64,000 nt of DNA, from contig JBGSMV010000040.1 of NCBI GenBank assembly GCA_041739995.1, forward strand, positions 96,211-160,210, given 5' to 3'. The DNA is from Bdellovibrionota bacterium (GTDB taxonomy: Bacteria > Bdellovibrionota_C > UBA2361 > JBGSMV01). Positions 39,151 to 47,177 of this stretch are shown in pieces. Under the pieces are notes generated by a model that made no database searches, was not told the origin of the DNA, and saw only the letters and a list, made by a program, of their open reading frames with translations. The translations under genes and the position numbers were made by a program. The number at the start of each line of letters is the position of its first letter. The first letter of the stretch is position 1.

Positions 39151-40065
39151 TTAAAGGCTCGGCGCTGAGGCCTCAAGAATCGCGATTCGTCCTGCGGTAA
39201 GCGACTGCTGCCTTCCTGCACGGGGACGACGACGCTGCACTGAGCGACTACCGGTAGGCCGACGAACTTCCTCGACTTCGTCCTCCATGGCAGGGCAATC
39301 GCTATACTCTTCAGTAATATCCTCAGCTCCCGCGCCGGCTCGTAGCTCTCGGTGGAGAGTCTCCAACGCCTTACGTTTCACACGGGAAATGTGACAGCGG
39401 CTGTAGCCTAGAGTTTGCGCGACATCCATCAGTTGCTCTTCATCACCAAACACACGGGCGATGACTTCTCGCTCGAGGGAATCGAGCTTCTCACACGCCC
39501 GCGCGCTTAGCGCCGCGATCTGTTTTCTTTGCAGCACTTCATCAGGCATTGGTGCCTCGTGCCCGCACAACGCTGCGGCGATTTCAATCGCGTTACCGCC
39601 GCGTGATGCGCCTACTCTCTCGTCATTGTGGTGTGCGCGGTCCCCGAGGTCAGCCTCAGGAAGCGGCACACTGTTTGCATTCGCTGCGGCACTTACCGCA
39701 CGAATTAGATTCCCCCGCAAATGATAGAAAAAGAACGTCATGAAAGAAGCGCCTTTGTTCGGATTGAAGCGTTGCACCGCTTCGCAAAGGGACAGATCAA
39801 CAACACTATCTACTTCTTCAAGATCTAATCGCGCGTGCCACTTTCGAAGAATGCTACGGGCGAGCTTTCGAGCCTTTGGGCGGTACTCAAGCACCAGCGC
39901 TTCACGCTTGGCGGGAGAGAGTGTACGCGCTCTCTTAGGCTGCTTAATCGTTATGACCTTGGCGCTGGCACCAGCCTTACGGCTACGCACCGACTCCCCA
40001 AACTGAGGAAGATCATTATTAGAAATTTTTAGAGCAGGCATCGCATTCATGAGCATCACCAACAC
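39151..40065 (-). CDS. Sigma-70 family group 3-like (FliA/WhiG/SigF-like) sigma factor
   Basis: Region 2 (LEYRPKARKLA..AVQRFNPNKGASFMTF..LRGNL) and region 4 HTH (LDSLEREVI..DVAQTLGYSRCHISRVKRKALETL). Confidence 0.88.
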   Translation of the reverse strand: MLVMLMNAMPALKISNNDLPQFGESVRSRKAGASAKVITIKQPKRARTLSPAKREALVLEYRPKARKLARSILRKWHARLDLEEVDSVVDLSLCEAVQRFNPNKGASFMTFFFYHLRGNLIRAVSAAANANSVPLPEADLGDRAHHNDERVGASRGGNAIEIAAALCGHEAPMPDEVLQRKQIAALSARACEKLDSLEREVIARVFGDEEQLMDVAQTLGYSRCHISRVKRKALETLHRELRAGAGAEDITEEYSDCPAMEDEVEEVRRPTGSRSVQRRRPRAGRQQSLTAGRIAILEASAPSL

Positions 40066-40115
40066 ACTACAAACAGTGGGAAATCCTTTTTAAATTCAGC
40101 GAGTTTCGAAGTACT

Positions 40116-40142
40116 TCAGCAGACCTTCAGAGGTGCCGAAGT
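40116..40142 (+). promoter_or_regulatory. sigma28-like promoter for the 40272 sigma gene
   Basis: TCAG-N15-GCCGAAGT. Confidence 0.45.
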
Positions 40143-40156
40143 GATCTTCTAAAGAC

Positions 40157-40185
40157 CTATCCGCAAGGTCCGTACGGCTGCTTCA
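40157..40185 (-). promoter_or_regulatory. sigma28-like promoter for the 40065 sigma gene
   Basis: Minus strand TGAAG-N16-GCGGATAG. Confidence 0.4.
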
Positions 40186-40271
40186 GCAATTTTGTAAGTG
40201 GCTGGTTCTGCAGAGGAAAAATAGCTAGTCTGTAGGGGATACTCGTAGCGAGGCGGGGAGAAAAGGCACTC

Positions 40272-41093
40272 ATGGCGAACGTTTTACCGGTTGAGGAAGC
40301 AGATCAGCTCGCTTTAGAGCACCAGGGCTGGGCCGAAAGCATCGCCCGCTCCGTTGCGCGGGCCTGGAATATGGACTGGCGCCTAGATGGGCTCGATGGC
40401 GCAGCAATGGAAGCACTTCTGTTTTGCGCGCGTCGATTTGATCCTTCGCGCGGAATTCCGTTTCGTGGCTATGCCAGGAAACGAATTCACGAAGCCTCGA
40501 CCGATGCGGCGAGAAAATCTCGTGGATGGAGACGCGGAGCTCAGAATCCCACTTCGGAAGAACAACGCGCACGCGAGCTGTCTAGCGAGTTGTTTAATGT
40601 CTTCCCTGAACTTCGCAGTGGAGAACTTCCGCTCGTCGAAGAGGGTTCAGACGGTGGTGAAGTACGTGGTGCGATTCGTCAATTGTTGGTTGGTGCCAGC
40701 ATCATCGCTGCGAAACAAAGCTCCATCGAGCAACCAGACACTCTGCTAGATTACAAGCGTCTCGTAGAATTGATGGCCACCCTAGAACCTGTGCATCAAA
40801 TATTGATGTGGCGCGTGTATTGGGAAGGCGAGTCGATGCGTACCGTGGCCTCAGAATGGGGCATTGATGAACTAAACGTGATCCGAGAGCACAAGGTGCT
40901 CTTAAGCTATCTGATGAAGGGCATTCAAAGCGGCAAGCCTGCGCCCACGCCAAAGATTCGGCCTGGCTTACGGACCACATCGGTGAAAATCAAAAAAGAT
41001 AAGCTGCTAGGGAATTTCTCTGAACTTGTGGGGCAGCATGTTTCTGGCCAGCAATCAGGCGGCGCACAGGCGGCGAAAGGAAGGGGCTTATGA
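40272..41093 (+). CDS. Divergent FliA-like sigma-70 family factor
   Basis: Region 2 ARRFDPSRGIPFRGYARKRIHEA and a degenerate region 4 (LEPVHQILM..EGESMRTVASEWGIDELNV). Confidence 0.8.
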   Translation: MANVLPVEEADQLALEHQGWAESIARSVARAWNMDWRLDGLDGAAMEALLFCARRFDPSRGIPFRGYARKRIHEASTDAARKSRGWRRGAQNPTSEEQRARELSSELFNVFPELRSGELPLVEEGSDGGEVRGAIRQLLVGASIIAAKQSSIEQPDTLLDYKRLVELMATLEPVHQILMWRVYWEGESMRTVASEWGIDELNVIREHKVLLSYLMKGIQSGKPAPTPKIRPGLRTTSVKIKKDKLLGNFSELVGQHVSGQQSGGAQAAKGRGL

Positions 41094-41419
41094 CAAACAA
41101 CGGCGACAAGAAGATTGGTGGAGTTTCTGGAACCAAGCAGCTTAAAGAGGTGCATAAGACTGAGTCGATCGGTGACGTTAAAGGCGTTGAGGCTACCACT
41201 GGCGTTTCAGGTGTCGGACAGGCTGGATCCGTCAACAAGCGTCGAGCCACTCACCTCATGACTCCCGGCGAACGAGAAGCCTTGATGAAGATGATCTCCG
41301 AAGAGGCTGACAAACTTTTTACTGAAGGAGCACTTCCCGCCTCAAAGAAGGCGCTAGTGACGAGCGCAGTGAAGATGGCCGTTGATGCAGGAATACTGCC
41401 ACCGGAAGACGAGAAATAG
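41090..41419 (+). CDS. Hypothetical protein coupled to the sigma gene (candidate anti-sigma)
   Basis: ATGA overlap with the sigma stop, G/V/T/S-rich N-terminus, helical C-terminus. Confidence 0.75.
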   Translation: MTNNGDKKIGGVSGTKQLKEVHKTESIGDVKGVEATTGVSGVGQAGSVNKRRATHLMTPGEREALMKMISEEADKLFTEGALPASKKALVTSAVKMAVDAGILPPEDEK

Positions 41420-41438
41420 AGCCCCTCTCATTCTCTGA

Positions 41439-41568
41439 CTACGAATCTGTGACACAGCCCTGTCGATTAGATTCCGCCTTCGCTCACAAATGCCTGTACT
41501 GCCAATTATTTCGAGTAGGCTTGGGGGGGCCGGACGTCGTCGTCTGCGCCTGCGTCACAGACTCCTAG
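41439..41568. mobile_element. MITE family B, copy 2 (diverged)
   Basis: CTAcGAaTCTGTGAC...GTCACAGACTCCTAG, collinear with 60015-60140. Confidence 0.8.
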
Positions 41569-41570
41569 CT

Positions 41571-42713
41571 TCAGAGCACCGGAGGGGCGTACCCCTGACA
41601 GGCCGGAACGAGACTTGCGAGTAGCGCCGCAGTAAGAGATCTGCCAACCACACACTCACTAACCGCACTATCACACGCAAATACTGGCTCATAAAACGTT
41701 TGGCATGATGCGACGTTAAAGCAGCAAGTTCTTGGGTCGAGATGGTCACGAACAAGCGCGGCGTATGGTGAGAGAATCGGATCGGGCTCAAAGTTTGCTA
41801 TCGAGTAGTCTCGAAAAATTGCGCATTGCTGCGGGCTGCTAAGACTCGGCACGGCGAACCCCGAAGGGCAGCTCGAACCAGAGTCCGGTGGAGCATCTTG
41901 ACACAGCTCTCTTAAGCCCTCCTCACCGAGCTTTGCTATCTGGTTCTCACATGCCTTTGGACTACTACACGCGACACCACAGTAAGAAGCAGCAGCGTTG
42001 CGAGAAGATAACGGAGAGGTCTCGGGCCAACTGTAGGCCACGCTCACCTGTGCACGAACCACATTGATGCCGCCTACTCTCATCCGTCTTAGCTTAAGAA
42101 CTTGCCTATGCCTCTCCCCAACTAGAATCGAGCTGTTCTCTGTCGAAGAATCATAGTTAAGCGTGAGCTCAGTCTTGGGAACTTGGCAATGCTTGCTTCC
42201 ATCCGAATCAGTGCTGCAGAATTGCTGAACGAGCTGCTTACGCTGATTTGGGAAGAAGTAGCTTTCACTACTTACCTTTTTTTTCCCAATTCTAAGCCGA
42301 ATCTTGCGACAAAATCCTGGGTCAAAGAGCTCTTCTCCTTCAGTCCAGGCCCTATTATTCGGATCTTGGACAAGCAGCCGAGGAGGAAGCTCCGTGCTCA
42401 ATGCAAGATTCTCATACATCGGCATTTTGCGCATGCGCTTCCGCTTGAGATTCACCTTGCTTAAACAAGCAGCGGGAAGCCTGGGCGAAGCGTAATCTAA
42501 TGGGACATTATACTGTGCCACCGCAGAGCCGCCCCGTCCTTCTGCTGGAAGAATAATGTACTTCAAATTTCCGAAATTTCTCTTCAGGACTGTGAGGTTT
42601 TTATTACTGCGGTTTTTCTGCTGGCTATGCGATACCCCTGGCACAGTCGCAAGAAAGAGAAGCAACGCCCCAATCGAAACAATAGTTCTGCCAAGTGACA
42701 ATCTCTTTTTCAT
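41571..42713 (-). CDS. Secreted Cys-rich hypothetical protein
   Basis: Signal peptide, basic N-terminal half, Cys-dense C-terminal third. Confidence 0.75.
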   Translation of the reverse strand: MKKRLSLGRTIVSIGALLLFLATVPGVSHSQQKNRSNKNLTVLKRNFGNLKYIILPAEGRGGSAVAQYNVPLDYASPRLPAACLSKVNLKRKRMRKMPMYENLALSTELPPRLLVQDPNNRAWTEGEELFDPGFCRKIRLRIGKKKVSSESYFFPNQRKQLVQQFCSTDSDGSKHCQVPKTELTLNYDSSTENSSILVGERHRQVLKLRRMRVGGINVVRAQVSVAYSWPETSPLSSRNAAASYCGVACSSPKACENQIAKLGEEGLRELCQDAPPDSGSSCPSGFAVPSLSSPQQCAIFRDYSIANFEPDPILSPYAALVRDHLDPRTCCFNVASCQTFYEPVFACDSAVSECVVGRSLTAALLASLVPACQGYAPPVL

Positions 42714-42940
42714 AATTGCGCCTTATTTTTCTTTGTGAGCAACAACATACAAATTCTCTGCCTCAACCGATTGAGCGGTGTCTGCCAACCAGCCTCATTA
42801 GTTCCAGATAAAAGCTCGCCAAGCGCTGGCAACAATCATGAATGCATCAGCACCAAACTGACCCAATCCGTCACCTCAGCCCGATTCCAGCCCACCAGAA
42901 CAAGGCGGGCGCGACCTTCCTAAAACACCGCACTCTTAGT

Positions 42941-43104
42941 TAGGTGTATTTTACACCTACCACTCTACATCCGCTGACTAGAAGGAAGTGCTTCCGAGAA
43001 TATTACCAAAACTAAATAGTTAGTAATTACTACTAGTTAAATCACATATCTTTACCTATGGCAAATCTACTCCGATGCTAAATATTATAATGGGTAACTT
43101 ACAC
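42941..43104. promoter_or_regulatory. AT-rich divergent control region with palindromic operator candidates
   Basis: TAGGTGTA-TTT-TACACCTA (42941-42959), TAGTAATTACTA (43021-43032), TATAAT (43086-43091) and GGGTA-ACT-TACAC (43092-43104). Confidence 0.55.
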
Positions 43105-43108
43105 TTAT

Positions 43109-43906
43109 ATGAAATCTCATACTTCCTTTAAGCGAATACTAGGGCCAGCGATTCGCTTTGCTGTTCGTCGTGCTTTACCTATTCAAGAGTTCATTGAGCT
43201 CGTTAAACAGCTGTATGTCCAAGAGACTTGCAGACAAATGGACCCTAGTGTTTCTGCGACGGTGACTCAGATCTCAATCACCACAGGGCTACATCGCAGG
43301 GAGGTCAACAGGTTACTCAAACGAGAGCCCCCGTCTAACCCGGAGGAACCCAGCAACCTGCTCATGAAGATTATTGGCACCTGGGAACAATCCACGAAGT
43401 TCTGTGACCGTGAAGGGAAGCCTCGTTCACTCTCTTTCGAAGGTAACTCGAGCGAATTTGCTGACCTCGTAAGCTCACTGAGCACCGATGTAAGTCCAAG
43501 AGCTATACGTGAAGCACTACTGAGACTTGGCATCGTCGAAGAGCAACACGGCACACTAAAACTAATTGGGCAGGCAGAACTACATCTTCTTGGGGATATA
43601 GAAGGCTTCTCTCAACTTGCGAGCGACGTAGAAACTATTGGTGACGCAACCTTTGAGAATCTGTTTTGCCGAGGCGATAGGCCCAATCTGCATGCAAGAA
43701 CAGAGTATGACAACATCTACGAAGATAGCTTACCAGTCGTAAGACAGTGGCTGATCGATCTGGGTACTGAGATCCATCAGCGAACCAGGCACTTTCTGAG
43801 CCTTCACGACAAAGATATCAGCCCTGATCCAAAGCGAAAAGCGGGCGCAACGGTTACGCTTTGCACCTTCTCTCTCACGACCACCCGTGACGATCTAAAA
43901 CATTGA
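43109..43906 (+). CDS. DUF6502-like protein with N-terminal HTH
   Basis: EFIELVKQLYV..TVTQISITTGLHRREVNRL, IGTW..GKPRSL, FADLVSSLSTDVSPRAIREALLRLG motifs. Confidence 0.75.
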   Translation: MKSHTSFKRILGPAIRFAVRRALPIQEFIELVKQLYVQETCRQMDPSVSATVTQISITTGLHRREVNRLLKREPPSNPEEPSNLLMKIIGTWEQSTKFCDREGKPRSLSFEGNSSEFADLVSSLSTDVSPRAIREALLRLGIVEEQHGTLKLIGQAELHLLGDIEGFSQLASDVETIGDATFENLFCRGDRPNLHARTEYDNIYEDSLPVVRQWLIDLGTEIHQRTRHFLSLHDKDISPDPKRKAGATVTLCTFSLTTTRDDLKH

Positions 43907-43909
43907 ACC

Positions 43910-44194
43910 TTAGGGCGGGCCGGCGGGGATAGCATTCGAAGAAAGACAGTTAGCATGGCGAGGATTATCGGCGCAAAAATCGGTGCCTCCTGTTCTGGTT
44001 GTTCCACCAGCGGAGAACGCCATTTCAACTGAAAGCAAAGACTGAGTGATATAGCCTGTAAGCAGAGGAACTGCGCTCAGGGCAAAAAGAAGAATAAAAA
44101 AATTGAGCAGGAGAGCTTCTACGAGGCTCGCCCCACACTCTGAATTATCGGTTCGCAAAGTCTTGTCACACATCTTAGCACGGCTCTCTAACAC
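43910..44194 (-). CDS. Small Flp/TadE-like pilin or pseudopilin
   Basis: Prepilin motif CG^ASLVE followed by a hydrophobic helix; C-terminal Cys pair. The start is uncertain. Confidence 0.55.
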   Translation of the reverse strand: MLESRAKMCDKTLRTDNSECGASLVEALLLNFFILLFALSAVPLLTGYITQSLLSVEMAFSAGGTTRTGGTDFCADNPRHANCLSSNAIPAGPP

Positions 44195-44405
44195 TCAACC
44201 CTCTCATCCAGCCAAGCGCCCCTCCTGCTTCACCTCTCCTGCTCCGCTCAAATGCAAACCAAAAGAATCATCACCCTCAGCGAGATGCGCCTCCCAATAC
44301 TTCCTAGCAACTGCGTTGATTGGCCTACTTTCTCTCAGAGAATTTACCAGACCAGGACCGCGCCAACTCCAGTGAAGCAAGTGCTTTGATGATAGAGGGG
44401 AATAC

Positions 44406-44433
44406 TTAAGGGCCGGGCTCACCGCTCCGAATC
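44406..44433 (+). promoter_or_regulatory. sigma28-like promoter of the flagellin remnant
   Basis: TTAAG-N15-TCCGAATC, about 50 nt upstream of the ATG at 44483. Confidence 0.55.
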
Positions 44434-44482
44434 TCCTTCTGTAGACTAAGGTTAGGACTATCTCATTTAAAACGCCAAGGAC

Positions 44483-44599
44483 ATGGCACTAACAATCGGA
44501 TCTAATCTCGCTTCATTGCAAGCCCGTGACGTCCCCCCGATCTATGTACCAGTCCTGAGTAATTTTTCCCCTGCGTTTTTTAGTACGCGGCGACCTTAG
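44483..44599 (+). pseudogene. Flagellin N-terminal remnant (about 15 codons)
   Basis: MALTIGSNLASLQAR matches MTVRIGSNIAALQAQR of the flagellin at 60373. AAGGA RBS. Similarity ends at about 44527. Confidence 0.7.
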
Positions 44600-46011
44600 T
44601 TCCGCTGCTCGGCGCTCTCAAGGGCGTGTTTTTGCAGCATGGCATCGTACGCCGCATATTTATACAACTCACCCAAGGTCGGATAATTGAAGCAGACCCT
44701 GCTAAATAACTGAGCGTCTCCCCCACAATGAAGCGCGATCAGACCGATATGCACGAGCTCGGTCGCCTGTTCTCCAACGGCATGGACACCCAGCAACTTC
44801 ATATCGCTGCGATTGAACACGAGCTTTAAAAAGCCGCCATCGTCACCAATAATTCGACCGCGGGGATTGTTGGCGTAGGGCGCTAGTCCCACGATAAAAT
44901 CAACTTTTGCTTCCCTCAGCGCAGCTTCTGTCTGTCCCGCCATGCTCGCCTCCGGGATGGTATAAATCCCGGTGGGAAGAATAGATGAGGTCTCCTTATT
45001 AAGTAATTGAAAGGCGTGGCAAGCCGCGACTCTGGCCTGCTCCATGCCGGTAGCGGCAAGTGCCGGAAATCCTATGACGTCACCTACCGCATAAATATGG
45101 GCAACATTTGTGCGATATGAGGAATCAACACTCAACAATCCGCGTTTTCCCGCAACAAGCCCGGCAGCAGCAAGATTGAGATGCTCAGTATTGCTGGAGC
45201 GTCCTGCGGCCACCAAGATGTCAGCGGCCTTGACCTTCTGCCCTGAGGTGAGAGTCAACACTGTGTGGGAATCTAGTCCTTCGCACTTTTCGACGCGCTC
45301 CCGCCAATGAAAGCGCACTCCAAGAGATTGCATGCCCTTGGAAATTGCTTGAGAAACATCAGTGTCTAGAAACGGCAATAACGTGTCCCGCCCATCAATG
45401 AGATGAACTTCAACTCCCAATGCGGCAAAAGTACTTGCATATTCTGCACCGATCACGCCTGCGCCAACGACGGCTAGTGACGTTGGCAGTTCTGAAATCT
45501 TAAGAATTTCATCTGAGTCATGCACGTGCGGATGTTCAAAGGGGAATTCCGGCGGACGAACGGGGGAAGAACCCGTGGCTATAAGGATGACATCACCGCT
45601 TACGGTGGAGACCTTCCCCGCGGATTCAGAGATAGAAATAGTATGAGCATCCTTAAAAGTTCCGCGACCACAAAATCGCGTAACCTTGGTCTCTTTTATC
45701 CGCAGTTCCATGCGCGCACGCTCCGCGGCACTCACTTGGCCAGCGTGATGGGTGAACTCGGCTAGTTTCGCTTTAGGTTTGAGAGCCACTTGGATGCCCA
45801 AGAGTTTTCTCGCGCGAGCGCCCGAGATCATGAGCGCGCTCTCGCGCAGTGTCTTGCTGGGAAGAGTTCCAGTATTAATACCAGCGCCGCCGACTAACTG
45901 CTCTTGTTCAATCAGAGCGACTTTTTTACCAAAGGCACCTGCGGCTAACGCTCCCGAGAGTCCTGCCGGTCCTCCCCCAATCACCACCAGGTCGAATTTA
46001 GTTGTGTCCAT
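44596..46011 (-). CDS. sthA: Soluble pyridine nucleotide transhydrogenase
   Basis: GGGPAG, NTGTLPSKTLRE (no redox-active Cys pair), GAGVIGAEYA, GDVIGFPALA, GIYTIPE and FNYPTLGELYK motifs. Confidence 0.93.
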   Translation of the reverse strand: MDTTKFDLVVIGGGPAGLSGALAAGAFGKKVALIEQEQLVGGAGINTGTLPSKTLRESALMISGARARKLLGIQVALKPKAKLAEFTHHAGQVSAAERARMELRIKETKVTRFCGRGTFKDAHTISISESAGKVSTVSGDVILIATGSSPVRPPEFPFEHPHVHDSDEILKISELPTSLAVVGAGVIGAEYASTFAALGVEVHLIDGRDTLLPFLDTDVSQAISKGMQSLGVRFHWRERVEKCEGLDSHTVLTLTSGQKVKAADILVAAGRSSNTEHLNLAAAGLVAGKRGLLSVDSSYRTNVAHIYAVGDVIGFPALAATGMEQARVAACHAFQLLNKETSSILPTGIYTIPEASMAGQTEAALREAKVDFIVGLAPYANNPRGRIIGDDGGFLKLVFNRSDMKLLGVHAVGEQATELVHIGLIALHCGGDAQLFSRVCFNYPTLGELYKYAAYDAMLQKHALESAEQRN

Positions 46012-46526
46012 GAAATCCCTCCCACGGCGCAGAGCTGCACCTCACGCTACTTACTCCTTTTAGGTGCGTTTGTATGCAGATCGCCGCTATTGAAACGCAG
46101 CAACCAAGCGAGTGCCGAGACGCTGCGATGCGGGTCTACGCAGCGCTTCTGCGGTTCGATGGCTTGCAGCGCGAGAAGCGAGCGAATCAGTCGAGCGAAC
46201 GGGATTTAGACCGCCTTAGAGCACTCGATTCACTGTTCGATAAATTGATTTTGCACGGTCGTAAAGGTGCTCCTGTATCGTTGAAATTAGCTGCAGGGTC
46301 CGTTCAGAGGTTAGGTTTCCTCTCTTTCGGCGCTCGCTTTTCAGAGGATCGCGACCTGTCGTGCCTCAATCGTGAAGGCGCAAAGAAAGTTGGGAATTTT
46401 CGGAAAAGAGTGAGGAATTGAACTATGCGATGCGCTGGATATCCAAAAACCTAATGCGGAAGCGACCTCTCAATGAGCTCCTTGGGGGGCATAGCCTCAG
46501 CCCCCGCTTCCATATAAGAATTTACG

Positions 46527-46603
46527 TGGTAGGCGCGAGTGGGATCGAACCACCGACCTCATGCGTGTGAAGCATGCGCTCTAACCAGCTGAGCTACGCG
46601 CCT
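46527..46603 (-). tRNA. tRNA-Val(CAC)
   Basis: AGGCGCGTAGCTCAGCTGGTTAGAGCGCATGCTT-CAC-ACGCATGAGGTCGGTGGTTCGATCCCACTCGCGCCTACCA; 77 nt with encoded CCA. Confidence 0.97.
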
Positions 46604-47084
46604 GAACGGTCACTCATGAGTATGCTGGCTGAACAGCAACCGCGATGTTCAGCCTCTAACTGTCTGACTCACAAGTTCTACTGAACGCGCAGCATAGAAA
46701 CAAGGACATCAAATTTCAATTGGAGTCGCCGAGCGGCACTAGAAAGGCGGGCATCACCATAGTCCAGTCGAAAAGGCCCAGACTCGGGTGAGCCTGGGCC
46801 ATACACGGAATTGTCTAGCAAGGACAAAACATGCGCCCTCTTAAGACCGCTTCGATGAGGTCTAGGTTTTCGAAGGCCAATACAACGACCTTCTTAAGCC
46901 CTAAGCCCAACACCCTACGGATGACTCAAGATTGCTCAAAACCTGCACGGTTGAGATGCAGAGCTCGGTCGTCCGTTGCGCCCGCACCAACGAAAACTAG
47001 CAGGAAGGGCAAGTGAGATCGGGCCGCGCGGTTAGATCAATAAGATCAAAGTTTTATACCGGGAAGTTGCTCAGCCAGAAATTT

Positions 47085-47111
47085 TCAGAAAATTTTCGCT
47101 CAAACCGAGAA
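47085..47111 (+). promoter_or_regulatory. sigma28-like promoter
   Basis: TCAG-N15-ACCGAGAA upstream of the orphan ORF at 47178. Confidence 0.4.
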
Positions 47112-47177
47112 AGGCGACCGCAGTTTAGGATAGGCTTCGCACGAAGCTTTTCTCATTGAGCCGCAGAGCGCGGCATC

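Noticed and set aside
46074..46421. 115-aa ORF, and a glycine-riboswitch-like GCGCCGAA..G string on the minus strand upstream of sthA
   Set aside because: The ORF has no recognisable motif, and the riboswitch core (GGAGAG...CTCTCAGG) is absent.
44530..46527. Integrative element inserted at the tRNA-Val 3' end
   Set aside because: No duplicated tRNA 3' sequence (att site) and no integrase were found in the window.
46831..47016. 61-aa ORF upstream of the tRNA
   Set aside because: No motif. Neighbouring frames are broken by stops and the region may be a decayed gene that cannot be identified.
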